This document shows, piece after piece, positions 19,536 through 28,975 of a DNA stretch of 64,000 nucleotides; position 1 is the first letter of the stretch; every line of letters begins with the position of its first letter. A program made the position numbers and the translations under genes. This DNA is from Kiritimatiellia bacterium (lineage in GTDB: Bacteria; Verrucomicrobiota; Kiritimatiellia; RFP12; JBMNHG01), in the NCBI GenBank assembly GCA_050950285.1, contig JBMNHG010000002.1, positions 948,654-1,012,653 of the forward strand. Direction: 5' to 3'. The notes beneath the pieces were generated by a model. It made no database searches and was not told the DNA's origin. It saw only the letters and a program-made list of their open reading frames with translations.

Positions 19536-20549
19536 TCATCCTCCGAAAAGCGACGTGCAGGCGACGGTCTTTTGATTGTCGCCGGTGAACAGTCCGAAGT
19601 TGCCTCGGAAGTCCCAGTTCGCCCAGGCGATGCCGTGGCGCTCCATGACGGCGAGGATGTCGGCGTACCAGGCGGCGCGGATCGCATCCGGCGCCAGGGA
19701 AATGACGCCGAACTCGCCGCAGTACAGCGGCAGTCCCGTGCGCGCGGCGACGGCGAGCGGCCACATCAAATCGGCTTCCATCGCCTCGATCCCGCCAAGG
19801 ATGTTCATGCTGCCGACCTTGCGCTGCTGTTCCGGCGGCAGGGCGTTGAAGGCCTCCTGCGGCACGGCCAGCCCGGGATACTGGATGGGGCCGTCGTAGT
19901 CCTTGAGCTTCCACGTCCACGAGGCGCGGTAGTGGGTCACCGGCATCGGATGGTAGTAATGGTAGGTCAGGATGAGGTTCCGGTCGTTCTCCGGAACATC
20001 CAGAAACTCGTATTGGCTGGCGCTGTTCCAGCGGTTCGAGCCGAGGACCAGGCAGCGGTCCGGTTCACGTGCGCGGACTTCGCGACAGGCCAGATGCAAA
20101 ACGCGGTTCCAGTCGGCCGGATCGTCGGCGACGGCCTCGTTGAGCAGCTCGTAGGCCACCCGTTCAAGCGGACGGTCGCGGAGGCGCGCCGAAATCTGCC
20201 GCCAGCATTCCGCGAACGCCTCTGCCGCCGCCGGATCGGTGAACAGCGGCTTGGGGCCTTCGTTGAAGTGGTGCGTGCGCAGGATGTGCAGATCGATCAC
20301 CGCGTTCAGCCCGGCCCCGAGGATCCAGTCGAGCCCCTGCTGAAGCAGGTCCCAGGCCTCCTCGTGCGGAGCGCCCCGGTCGTCCCAGAGCTGCTCCTCG
20401 TCGACGGGGAGGCGCAGGTGGTCGAGGCCGAGCGCGGCCAGGCGATCGACATCCTCGCGCGTGAAGCGCCGACGTCGTTCGTCGCCGCGCGCGTCGCTTT
20501 GGCTGAGCCAGTGGGAGATGTTGGTGCCGCGTTGGATTGCGAATGGCAT
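19536..20549 (-). CDS. Glycoside hydrolase family 5 (cellulase family), no signal peptide
   Basis: RGTNISHWLSQ, DHLRLPVD, YELLNEA (acid/base), HYY, LYCGEFG (nucleophile). Confidence 0.92.
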   Translation of the reverse strand: MPFAIQRGTNISHWLSQSDARGDERRRRFTREDVDRLAALGLDHLRLPVDEEQLWDDRGAPHEEAWDLLQQGLDWILGAGLNAVIDLHILRTHHFNEGPKPLFTDPAAAEAFAECWRQISARLRDRPLERVAYELLNEAVADDPADWNRVLHLACREVRAREPDRCLVLGSNRWNSASQYEFLDVPENDRNLILTYHYYHPMPVTHYRASWTWKLKDYDGPIQYPGLAVPQEAFNALPPEQQRKVGSMNILGGIEAMEADLMWPLAVAARTGLPLYCGEFGVISLAPDAIRAAWYADILAVMERHGIAWANWDFRGNFGLFTGDNQKTVACTSLFGG

Positions 20550-20578
20550 GGATGGCAAACCTTGTGCGGATGGACGGA

Positions 20579-23500
20579 TCAACGGAGGAGCAGAACCGTG
20601 GCGTGGTTCCGCAGGGTGACGACGACGTCGTTGCCGTCGCCGCCGGCATACGTGATGACGGCGAAGCGGTCGGGGGCGAATTCGAACTCGGCGCCTTCGG
20701 GCAGGCCGGCGAACGCGCCTTCGACAGGCGCGGAACCCCGGTTGTCGATGATCGTGACGCCCGCCGCGAGCGCCGGGGAACCGCCGGGGAGCAGCGCGAG
20801 ATCGAGTTCGGCGCCCTGCAGGAGAACCCGTGCCTCGGGATGCGTCATCACGACGCGTCCCGACGCGGAGGCGCCGACGCCGATCTTCAGCGAGCCGTTA
20901 TCGGCGATGCGCAGGAAGCGCCCCAGCGTGATCGAGCCCGAGCCGTTGCCGCCGGCGCCCGGCGCGAGAGTGCCGCCCTCCACGTCGACCGTGCGGTTCA
21001 GCGTCCCGGAGCCGCAGAGGGTTCCATCGGTTTCGACGATGACGCCGCCGGCCAGCGATCCGTTGACGCGGAGCGCGCCTTCCTTGATGAACGTCATGCC
21101 GCTGTAGGTGTTGTCGGCGCCCAGCGTGACGGTGCCGGCGGTGCGCTTGAAGAAGTTGACGCTGTCGGAGAGATTGCCGGCGTTGGGCACCTTGACATCC
21201 GCCAGCGTGGCGTTGATCGTGCCGTTTTCCGCCGTGAAGCCGTAGGCGCCCAGCGCGCCGCCGCCGACGCTGTCGGCGACCGTGCCGTCGACGAGCGTGA
21301 AGTTGCCGACGAAGGCGCTACGGCCCGCGAGGTCGAGCGTCGCCCCGTTCCGGACGCAGACGGGCGAGAGGGCGCGGTTCGAATTCGTGGAGGCGACCCC
21401 GAGAGCCCGGTCGCTGCCGAGCTTCAACGTGCCTTCGGAAATCGTCGTGGGGCCGTTGTAGGAGTTGACGCCCGAAAGCAGGAGCGTCCCCGCGCCGATC
21501 TTGTTCAAGGCGCCGTAGGTGCCGGAGATGGCGCCGCCGAGCTCGAGCGTGCCGGCGACGACGTCGAAGGTTCCGCCGTCGTGGGACAATGTGATGTTCC
21601 TGGCGTAGGTGAAACCCTCCGTCGCACGAAGCGTGCCGCCATGCATCGTCATCGTGCCGGTTCCCAAGTTCCCCGGAGCGGAAACGGACACGACGCCGCC
21701 CAGAAGATAGTTGATGCCGGAATGCGTGTTGTTGGTGTTCGCCAGCACCAGCGTCCCGTCGCCGACCTTGACGAGCGCGGAACCGTTGCCGTTCGCGTAT
21801 TGGGAGGCGAGGGTCAGGACCCCGCTTCCGTGCTGGTGGACGATCAGGTCGTACATGTAGCTGTTTCTGCACTTGATCGGGCCGCCGGCGATGGTGAAGT
21901 CGTGCGGTCCGGTGAAGAGAAGCCCGGAGCGGTACAGCAACAGGGAGCCGTCTGCAATCGTCAGCGTCTGTCCCGGCGCGGCGGGCGCGATCTTCAGCGT
22001 GCCGATCGACATTCCCGTCACGCTCTCGGACGCCGTGACGAGGATGTTCTTGTCCGTTCCCGGCGTCGTAAAGGAGTCGTACGCGTCCAGCGCGGCGATG
22101 GGGCCGTCGCCGACCGCCCAGTCGGCCTTGTCGACCGTGGCGTAGCCGATGCCGCCGAGAATGCCGTTGCCGTTGGCGGTTGTCGTCGAGGCCGCTCCGG
22201 ATTCGAAGTCGATCGCCGCGCCGCTGTTGAATGCGCGGGCGATGGGGCCGAGCGCGATCGTCGAGGCGCCGCCGTCGGTGCGGCGGATGCGGCTCTGCCC
22301 GGCGTTCAGCGTCGTGCCGCTGCCGGCGCCAAGCGCTTGCGCGTAGCTGCCGCCCTTGAGCTGGAGATCGACGCCGCCGAGCGTCAGCGCGGCGGCGTTG
22401 TTCGTCGAGACGCCGAGGCGGTTCGAGTTGTGCGAGGTGTAGTCGAGCACGGTCGTTCCGCCATGGAGGACGAGCTTCGCGGAGGTGTTCGTCCCGGAGA
22501 GGACGAGGGTGCCGGGGCCGGATTTGCCGATGCCGCCGGTTGTTCCGTCAATCAGGCTCGCCGGCGGAAAGACCGTCGTTCCCGGGCCCAGGAAGGTCAC
22601 CGTCTGGCCACCGGCGTTCACGCCGCCGGAAAGGGTCAGCGGGGCATGCGCCATGTTGGGGAAATTGACGGTTCGTTGAGGCCGGATCATGCCGCCCAGC
22701 GTAAGCGCGTTCCCGCCGTCGAAGCCGACGGGCATGGCGCCGTCGTTGTTTGTGGATTGGGCCAGGACGATGTCGTTCGTGATGCACTGCCCGTTGACCA
22801 GCGCCTTGAGGAAGAAACCGCGCCCGCTGTTCGTGAAAAGCGCCGCGACACCCAGCGGCGTGACCACCGCGCCCTCGCCTCCGGGGCCGCCGATGGAAAG
22901 CGAATTGTAGCCGGCCGTTGCGTCGACAGTGACTTTGGCGCCGTTCGCCGCCCCGGCGCCGAAGAGGTTGTTGCCGTAGATCGCCAGGTCGGCGCCGGCG
23001 CCGCGGTACCAGAAGTTGAATCCGCAGTTGCTTGTGCCGCTGGCGTTTCCCGCGTTGTTCTCGCGAATGTCGCCGGTGATGAGGACGTTGGCGCCGGTGT
23101 GGAGCCAAGGCCCGACGCCGCTGTTGTTCAACCCGCCGTCGCTGTCCCTGAGCGACCAATTCCCGGAGACGACGAACGGCGCAGGCCCCAGGACGTTGAA
23201 CGGCGGGTTCGCCCACGGCGAGATCGCCAGCGCCGGGGCGTCGTCCGAACCGGCAAGCGTGAGACGGGCGTCGCCCGACCAGTACGTCGTTGCGTGGTTG
23301 ATCTTGATCTTGTTGGACAGGACGACGGGGAAATCCCCGACGACGAACGTCCCGCCGCCGCTGGTGAACGTGCCGGTCCCCAGTGCGTCGTCGTTCCCGA
23401 AGCAGACGACCGGGGCGGGCCCTGCGGTCGTGATCCCGCCGGAGAGCGTGTTGGAGCCGTTCAGCCGGAAGCCGCCGGGGCCTCGGAGCGTCAGCGATCC

Positions 23501-23974
23501 CGATCCGCCGATCGTGTTTTCCACGGTCAGCGGGTTGCTGCAGCCGTTGGTCCAGGTCTGCGCCGCCGCCAGGGCGACCAGAACGCCCTGCCCGGGCGTC
23601 CGCGAGCCGATCGCGACGGGCCCGGCGTCCGCCTCGATTTCGATGCCGCCGGAACCGAGTTCCAGCGTGCGGTCGACCCCGCCGCCCGTGAGCGTCGTTC
23701 CGCCGGTCGCGGTGCCGACGACCTTCAGCTTGGAAACGGCCTGGTCGGCGTCGAGCGAAACGGCCTGCGCCGAGGAGAGCGTGTCGATGTTGAAGACGGC
23801 GACATCGCCGGAACCGGGCGCGGTGGCGGGATCGGGCGTGGCCGCCGAGGCGCTGGTCGACCAGCCCGAGGCCGCGTTCCAGCTTCCGGACGTTCCATCC
23901 CAGTAGTCCGTCGCCGCCGAGGCGGTGCCTGCCGACAGCAGGACCATCGTCATGAAACTTGCGATTCTTTTCAT
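20579..23974 (-). CDS. Secreted protein with autotransporter-associated beta-strand repeats, no beta-barrel, ATVLLLR tail
   Basis: Signal peptide MKRIASF..SAA; repeats KIGAGTLLLSGVNSYNGPTTISEGTL; C-terminal YAGGDGNDVVVT. Confidence 0.88.
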   Translation of the reverse strand: MKRIASFMTMVLLSAGTASAATDYWDGTSGSWNAASGWSTSASAATPDPATAPGSGDVAVFNIDTLSSAQAVSLDADQAVSKLKVVGTATGGTTLTGGGVDRTLELGSGGIEIEADAGPVAIGSRTPGQGVLVALAAAQTWTNGCSNPLTVENTIGGSGSLTLRGPGGFRLNGSNTLSGGITTAGPAPVVCFGNDDALGTGTFTSGGGTFVVGDFPVVLSNKIKINHATTYWSGDARLTLAGSDDAPALAISPWANPPFNVLGPAPFVVSGNWSLRDSDGGLNNSGVGPWLHTGANVLITGDIRENNAGNASGTSNCGFNFWYRGAGADLAIYGNNLFGAGAANGAKVTVDATAGYNSLSIGGPGGEGAVVTPLGVAALFTNSGRGFFLKALVNGQCITNDIVLAQSTNNDGAMPVGFDGGNALTLGGMIRPQRTVNFPNMAHAPLTLSGGVNAGGQTVTFLGPGTTVFPPASLIDGTTGGIGKSGPGTLVLSGTNTSAKLVLHGGTTVLDYTSHNSNRLGVSTNNAAALTLGGVDLQLKGGSYAQALGAGSGTTLNAGQSRIRRTDGGASTIALGPIARAFNSGAAIDFESGAASTTTANGNGILGGIGYATVDKADWAVGDGPIAALDAYDSFTTPGTDKNILVTASESVTGMSIGTLKIAPAAPGQTLTIADGSLLLYRSGLLFTGPHDFTIAGGPIKCRNSYMYDLIVHQHGSGVLTLASQYANGNGSALVKVGDGTLVLANTNNTHSGINYLLGGVVSVSAPGNLGTGTMTMHGGTLRATEGFTYARNITLSHDGGTFDVVAGTLELGGAISGTYGALNKIGAGTLLLSGVNSYNGPTTISEGTLKLGSDRALGVASTNSNRALSPVCVRNGATLDLAGRSAFVGNFTLVDGTVADSVGGGALGAYGFTAENGTINATLADVKVPNAGNLSDSVNFFKRTAGTVTLGADNTYSGMTFIKEGALRVNGSLAGGVIVETDGTLCGSGTLNRTVDVEGGTLAPGAGGNGSGSITLGRFLRIADNGSLKIGVGASASGRVVMTHPEARVLLQGAELDLALLPGGSPALAAGVTIIDNRGSAPVEGAFAGLPEGAEFEFAPDRFAVITYAGGDGNDVVVTLRNHATVLLLR

Positions 23975-24327
23975 TGGGATTCCTTTGGTGGTTGGGTTTG
24001 CGGATCGTGCCATGTCGGTTTTGGGGACCCTTCGCCCGACTTGCCGGACTTGTCCTCGCCGACGCCCTCGATCATCTTGATTTCCGCTGGCGAACTGGCC
24101 GGCCTGGCGCGGCGCGCCGCGTTTTCCGGCCCCTCGATCAACCTGGGCGTCCTGGCGCCGCGCCCGGACTCCAGATATTCGACCGAAAGCGCCCAGAAGG
24201 AGTTCTCGCCCTGCGCGACGAACTCCCGATGCACCGTCAGCACGCGGTGCGAGCGGAGAAACCGGCCCAGGTCCTCCTGCAGCCCGGCGTCACCCCGTGC
24301 GGGTAACGCATAGAAAGCCAGTTGCAT
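23971..24327 (-). pseudogene. Internally deleted HRDC-domain protein of the type found as a DGR accessory gene
   Basis: N-terminus MQLAFYALP..EDLGRFLRSHRVLTVHREFV..SFWALSVEYLE plus HRDC tail PASSPAEIKMIEGVGEDK; first HRDC helices missing. Confidence 0.65.
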
Positions 24328-24341
24328 AATGAACTGCTTCC

Positions 24342-24370
24342 AGTGTAGGGCTCGGGGTGGGCGTCGTCAA
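24342..24370 (-). promoter_or_regulatory. sigma70-like promoter
   Basis: TTGACG-17 nt-TACACT, 14 nt upstream of ATG 24327. Confidence 0.6.
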
Positions 24371-24597
24371 CCAAGTTTCTCAGCTTCTTCCGCCCACCCA
24401 ACCCCCAACACCAAGGCATCCCCCATGAAAAACCACCATCAACGGCTCGACGTGCTGGTCCGCGAGAGTGGGCGTGTCGCGATGAATGTCTGTATTTGCG
24501 CCTGACGTCGACGCACACCATGGTCGAGCGTCCGGTTGGCGACCGGGGCAGGCGCTTCCGTCGGAGCCCGAAGAAAAAACGGCGCGCCGCTATGGTT

Positions 24598-25206
24598 TCA
24601 CTGCCTCTGTATCGACAACGCCCCCTTGCGGCAAGCCCGGACGCAGAGGCCGCAACGAAGGCAGTCGCGATCGCGGAAATCGCCGCCTTCCGCCTGGGCG
24701 GGAGGGTTGAACTGGAACGGGCAGGCCTTGGCGCAGAGGCCGCACTGGACACAGCTTGGATCCACACGGATCGCGGTCCCGGCAGGACGGATCCGCCGCA
24801 GCATCTTCCCCATCGGACAGACCGCGCACCAGAATCCGCGATTGAACACAAGCGCCCCGGCAATTCCGACCGTGCTTGTGATCGCGATAAGCCAGTACAA
24901 GGTCCTGCCGAATCCGGAGATGGATCCCGGCCTCTGCCAGAGGATCAGGACGGCCAGCAATGCCGGGAGAAACACCAGCGACAGATTCCCTTTCAGAAAA
25001 GCGGCGGGCAGCTTCCGTCCCGTATCCGGCATGAACGAGTAGAAAGCCCCGCGAGGACAGTAGTTCCCGCAGCCATACCGCCCGCCATGCTTCAACGCGC
25101 CATAAATTCCAAGCGCGACATCCAGGAGCATGCAATACGAAAGAAGCGGGAACTTCCATCCCAGGCCAATGACCACCAGGAAAATCGCCGCGCGTGCAAC
25201 CTTCAT
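24598..25206 (-). CDS. Membrane-bound 4Fe-4S binding protein (NapH/YccM-like)
   Basis: TM segments, CGNYCPRG, CAVCPMG, CVQCGLCAKACP, CLRCGLCVRAC. Confidence 0.88.
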   Translation of the reverse strand: MKVARAAIFLVVIGLGWKFPLLSYCMLLDVALGIYGALKHGGRYGCGNYCPRGAFYSFMPDTGRKLPAAFLKGNLSLVFLPALLAVLILWQRPGSISGFGRTLYWLIAITSTVGIAGALVFNRGFWCAVCPMGKMLRRIRPAGTAIRVDPSCVQCGLCAKACPFQFNPPAQAEGGDFRDRDCLRCGLCVRACRKGALSIQRQ

Positions 25207-25316
25207 TGCGCTACCTCATGCCACTGCGGTTCGCCGGTTTTCCGGACGACCCGGTTTCGCCGGCGGTGGAGATGGATGCATCCGCCCCGCCGCCCGCTCG
25301 AAAACGAAAGCCCGGA

Positions 25317-27434
25317 TTATCGGAGCAGAAGGAGGGTGCCTTCGTAATTCGGCACCTTGATGCAGAGTTCGGTGCCGGTCTCCTCGACGAGGATGCCTTC
25401 CGGCTTCAGCGTCATGTTCCCGGTGATGGTGCCCGTCTTGTCAAGATACTCCATGAGCGTGATCCAACCGCCGCCGGCCTTGGCGAACGCGGTGGCGTCG
25501 ATCTCGAGCTTCGTGCCTTCTCCGTAGGTCGGCCTGCGGGTGTAGACGGGAGTCGCGAAACCTTCGCCCGGAATCTCGAAGGCAAGCGTGGATTGGCCAT
25601 GGAACTGGAGCTGCGAGGCGCGAACCGTCGTGTTCGAGCCGGCGATCTCGAGGCGGGAGCCGTAGTTCACGATCAATGAGCAGTTGTTGTCGGTGGTGAC
25701 GGTAAGCGTCGCGTTCTCGACATGCAGGACGTTGTTCGACGAGGACGAGTTGCGTCCGACATAGCAGTGGCGGTTGTCCACAACAACGGCGCCGTCGAGA
25801 ATATCCATGCGGCAGTCGCGGGCATTCATGCCGACGTCGATATCGTAGCGGTTGTCGAGCCGTGTGCCTTCGCCGGAGACGAGGACGACGGTATTCGATG
25901 CTCCGACCGGGCCACCGAAGTAGAAGTGGTGGCCGGTAGAGAACGTTGCGCCGTCGAGCACTTCAAGGCGGCAATGATGGCCGGGGTTGCCGATGTTCAC
26001 GACGCTCTTGCTGTGGACCGCGGCGTTGCTGATCACGAGCGCGTTGCCGACGGCAGCAACGTTGCCGCCGACCAAGACGCTGCTGTTGTTCGTCACGACT
26101 GCGCCATCGGCGATCACGAGCAGGTTCGAGCAGGCGCCGGCATTTTTGCCGACAATGAGCGAGCTGCCAATGTTGGCGCGTGCGTTGTCCGTGACAACCA
26201 CCGTGTTGCTCGTTCCAACCTGCCCCGCGACAAGATCGGCTTGGATGGTCTCGACGAGCGTCCCCTCGCCGGAAATGCGCGTCAGGTTGTGGGAGGATTG
26301 GCCTGCCGTGCCCGTGATGAAACTGCGGACGGGCCGGACATACGCACCGTCCTCGACAATCCATGTATTGAACGAACCGTTGTTGCCGCAGTTGAAGTCG
26401 TAGTTCTTGTTGGTGACGACCGTGCCGGCGCCGGCGATGCGCACGGCGTTGCTGGATGCGGCCGAGCCTTGGCCCAAATAGAGATGGGTGCCGGGCATGT
26501 AGAGCGAACCACCGGTGATTTCAAGCGTGTTGCCGCATGAAGCGTTGCCAACGAGGGTCTGCCCGGCAACCACACCGGTCGAGCCATTCGAGATTTCCAC
26601 CCTGTTCCCGCTTCCGGAACCTCCGACAAACAACTGGCTGTTGGGGACATCCAGATACGATCCGTCCCGGACGATCATCGTGTTGCCGTTTGCGCCAGCC
26701 TCATGTCCGACGACAAGATTGTTTTGCTCGCAATGGACAAACGCGCCCTTTTCCGCGACCAGCCTGTTCCCTTGCGACCGCCAGCCAACCATCAGGCCGG
26801 AGTTGCCGCTCGTCGAGCCATTGCCGAACCACGAGCCTTCGCCCGTGACCAGCACGCAGTTGTTGCTGGCGGCCGCCGATTGGCCCATCAGGGTGCTGCG
26901 GCCGCCGCGAAGCGTCGCGCCATTCGTGACGACCACGGTCGTGTTCGGGCCGTTCCAGCCGATGTTCAGGTCGTCCCGGTTCGAGGAGAAGACCGTCCCG
27001 GGGTTTGCGACGGTGAGGTGTACGGCCTTCACCAGGCGATGGGCGGTGAGAATCTTGTACGCGCCCGTCACGCATCCGCTCACGATGGAAACGGAGGTGT
27101 CGGCTTCGGACGAAGTGGCGCCGTCGCCGATGATGAAATACTTGTTGTTGGCGATGGTCCAGGTGTTGCCTGCACCGACGTCGAGCGTGACGTTCTGGTC
27201 GTTGTCAAAGGTGACGGCTGCGGATTCGGCGTCGCCCGTGAAGTGCACGGTGTATGTGCCGGGCGCCGTGCCGAAGTTCGCGTCGCCGGCGATTGTCGGC
27301 GCCGCGCCTTCCTTCCAGTTCCCGCCATCGGAGAAGACGCCGCCAAGCGTGTTCGTCCACGTATTGGCGAAGGCGGATGTTGCAAACGCGGCCGCGACCA
27401 TCGCGGCAAGTGCGGAATTGGATGCTCTGCCCAT
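25317..27434 (-). CDS. Secreted beta-helix repeat protein (T5SS/PEP-CTERM-associated repeat-like), GTLLLLR tail
   Basis: GAGG RBS; signal peptide; repeated VG...SNNxxxVxGxG units. Confidence 0.85.
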   Translation of the reverse strand: MGRASNSALAAMVAAAFATSAFANTWTNTLGGVFSDGGNWKEGAAPTIAGDANFGTAPGTYTVHFTGDAESAAVTFDNDQNVTLDVGAGNTWTIANNKYFIIGDGATSSEADTSVSIVSGCVTGAYKILTAHRLVKAVHLTVANPGTVFSSNRDDLNIGWNGPNTTVVVTNGATLRGGRSTLMGQSAAASNNCVLVTGEGSWFGNGSTSGNSGLMVGWRSQGNRLVAEKGAFVHCEQNNLVVGHEAGANGNTMIVRDGSYLDVPNSQLFVGGSGSGNRVEISNGSTGVVAGQTLVGNASCGNTLEITGGSLYMPGTHLYLGQGSAASSNAVRIAGAGTVVTNKNYDFNCGNNGSFNTWIVEDGAYVRPVRSFITGTAGQSSHNLTRISGEGTLVETIQADLVAGQVGTSNTVVVTDNARANIGSSLIVGKNAGACSNLLVIADGAVVTNNSSVLVGGNVAAVGNALVISNAAVHSKSVVNIGNPGHHCRLEVLDGATFSTGHHFYFGGPVGASNTVVLVSGEGTRLDNRYDIDVGMNARDCRMDILDGAVVVDNRHCYVGRNSSSSNNVLHVENATLTVTTDNNCSLIVNYGSRLEIAGSNTTVRASQLQFHGQSTLAFEIPGEGFATPVYTRRPTYGEGTKLEIDATAFAKAGGGWITLMEYLDKTGTITGNMTLKPEGILVEETGTELCIKVPNYEGTLLLLR

Positions 27435-27583
27435 GGTATTTCCTCGTGAAAGTTTGAAATGGAAAGATCGTACACGATATCCTCCCCATTGTCCAATCCT
27501 TCATGCTCCGGCGCATCCGGCCCTCCGGCTGGCGACAGGGGCAGGTGCGCCGGGGGCCGGGAGCAAGGGAGGGAGCGTGGGCC

Positions 27584-27809
27584 GGGGACGGCGGTCCCCA
27601 GGAAGGGATCGGGATTCGGCGTCAATCGGGTCAATCGGGTCAATCGGGTCAATCGGGTCAATCGGGTCAATCGGGTCACATGCCGGCGCCACGCCGGACG
27701 AGCCCGCCGGGGACGGCGGTCCCCAGGCATCCGGCGGGGGCGGCGGTCCCCAGGCATCCGGCCCGCCGGGGACGGCGGTCCCCAGGGCAAGGGGTTTTGC
27801 AAGCGCCTC
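27584..27809. repeat. Cluster of GGGGACGGCGGTCCCC palindromes, 9-bp GTCAATCGG x6 tandem repeat (27621-27678) and one end of MITE family 2
   Basis: 33-bp identity of 27755-27787 with 63596-63628; end sequence GGGGTTTTGCAAGCGCCTC. Confidence 0.8.
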
Positions 27810-27868
27810 TACGAGGCAACGCATTGTTTCGTGAAGGGTGGTTTTTTGTTGTTGGGGTGGTTTTTTGT

Positions 27869-27897
27869 TTGCACTGTGGCGGGGAATCGGGGATACT
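27869..27897 (+). promoter_or_regulatory. sigma70-like promoter, probably leaderless transcript
   Basis: TTGCAC-17 nt-GATACT, 6 nt before ATG 27904. Confidence 0.45.
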
Positions 27898-27903
27898 TTC
27901 CGC

Positions 27904-28179
27904 ATGATGAAAAAATCACTCTGTCTTGCGATTGCAGGGGCTGTCCTGGCGTTGGCGCCCATGGCCCAGGCGGCGGAACGCGTGTCGGGCGGGCTCGCCG
28001 GCGGCGCGGTCGGCTGCTGCTTCGGCATGCGTACCGCCGCAGCGTGGAACGATGGGAAGAAGCTCCACATCCACGATATCCTGGATCTGCTCTGGATCGG
28101 GCGCATCTGGTCCGCGATCGAAGGGTATGGCGGCACGTCGACCTCCGATCTCCACGGCGAATTCCCCTCCTACTTCTAA
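27904..28179 (+). CDS. Small secreted hypothetical protein
   Basis: MMKKSLCLAIAGAVLALAPMAQA signal peptide; mature part GGLAGGAVGCCFG..DILDLLWIGRIWSAIEGY. Confidence 0.75.
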   Translation: MMKKSLCLAIAGAVLALAPMAQAAERVSGGLAGGAVGCCFGMRTAAAWNDGKKLHIHDILDLLWIGRIWSAIEGYGGTSTSDLHGEFPSYF

Positions 28180-28189
28180 ACCGGGGCTC

Positions 28190-28975
28190 ATGCGCTCTGC
28201 GGACCGCTTCAGCCCGATGCGCCTTTGGGCGCAGTCGGCGGGCTTGGTTTTTGCCGTCGCGCTCTCCCCCGGGCCTTCCGCTTCGGCCGGGGTGTTGGAC
28301 GCGCCCGCGACGAACGTCGTGGGCGAAGTGTCGGCGCAGGTTGCGGGGATCACGAACCTCCGTTGCGTGGTCCGCCGCGAGGTGCCGCTTCCGGACGGGC
28401 GTGTCGCGAGCATGGTCTCGAAGGTCGACTGGGCGCGCGGCGACCGGTTGCATGTGGAGACCACAAGCCCCGAGACGGTTCGCACGGTAATCGACGGGAA
28501 GACGGTTGTCCGGATCCGTCCCGGCGGGCGGACGGAGACCCCGCTCGGGGAGCAGACGCCCGGCCAGGCGGCGAACCTCCGTTCCGTGCCCGGCAGCGCG
28601 GAGGAGTATCTCTCCATGTTCGATCCTCTTTCCGCCCTCGATCTCCCCGATTCCGGCGAACTCTGCGCGCGCCGGGTGGCCTTCGCGCCGGCGGCGGACG
28701 GCGAGGGAGGAAAAGAGCGGCGTGCCGTTGTTTCCTTCGACGAGGCGGGGCGGATCCTGCGGATCGAGTTCTTCGCCGACGCGGAGCGGGCGCGTCTTCT
28801 TTCCATCCTGCGTTTCGAGGCGCCCGTCGAACCCCTTCCGGGGGCCTTCCTCTACCGCCGGATCGAAGCGGAATCCCCCCGCGAGGGTCTGCTGGTGCGG
28901 ACCCTGTCGCGTTTTGATTCGATTCGCGTCAACCAGGATCTGCCGTGCGGCCTCTTCGATCCAAGCGCCTACTAG
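28190..28975 (+). CDS. LolA-like / outer-membrane lipoprotein-sorting fold periplasmic protein
   Basis: Signal peptide; beta-rich body with WARGDRLHVETTSP..TVIDGKTV and terminal RVNQDLPCGLF, typical of the LolA family. Confidence 0.6.
   Translation: MRSADRFSPMRLWAQSAGLVFAVALSPGPSASAGVLDAPATNVVGEVSAQVAGITNLRCVVRREVPLPDGRVASMVSKVDWARGDRLHVETTSPETVRTVIDGKTVVRIRPGGRTETPLGEQTPGQAANLRSVPGSAEEYLSMFDPLSALDLPDSGELCARRVAFAPAADGEGGKERRAVVSFDEAGRILRIEFFADAERARLLSILRFEAPVEPLPGAFLYRRIEAESPREGLLVRTLSRFDSIRVNQDLPCGLFDPSAY

Noticed and set aside
20579..23974. Classical autotransporter or PEP-CTERM protein
   Set aside because: No C-terminal beta-barrel with terminal aromatic residue, and no PEP motif plus full TM helix.
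15075..24313. Long plus-strand ORFs (15075-18728, 18927-21107, 20537-24313)
   Set aside because: Antisense shadows of well-supported minus-strand genes in high-GC DNA; no motifs.
23971..24600. Intact diversity-generating retroelement
   Set aside because: No reverse transcriptase and no adenine-variable TR/VR pair seen in the window.
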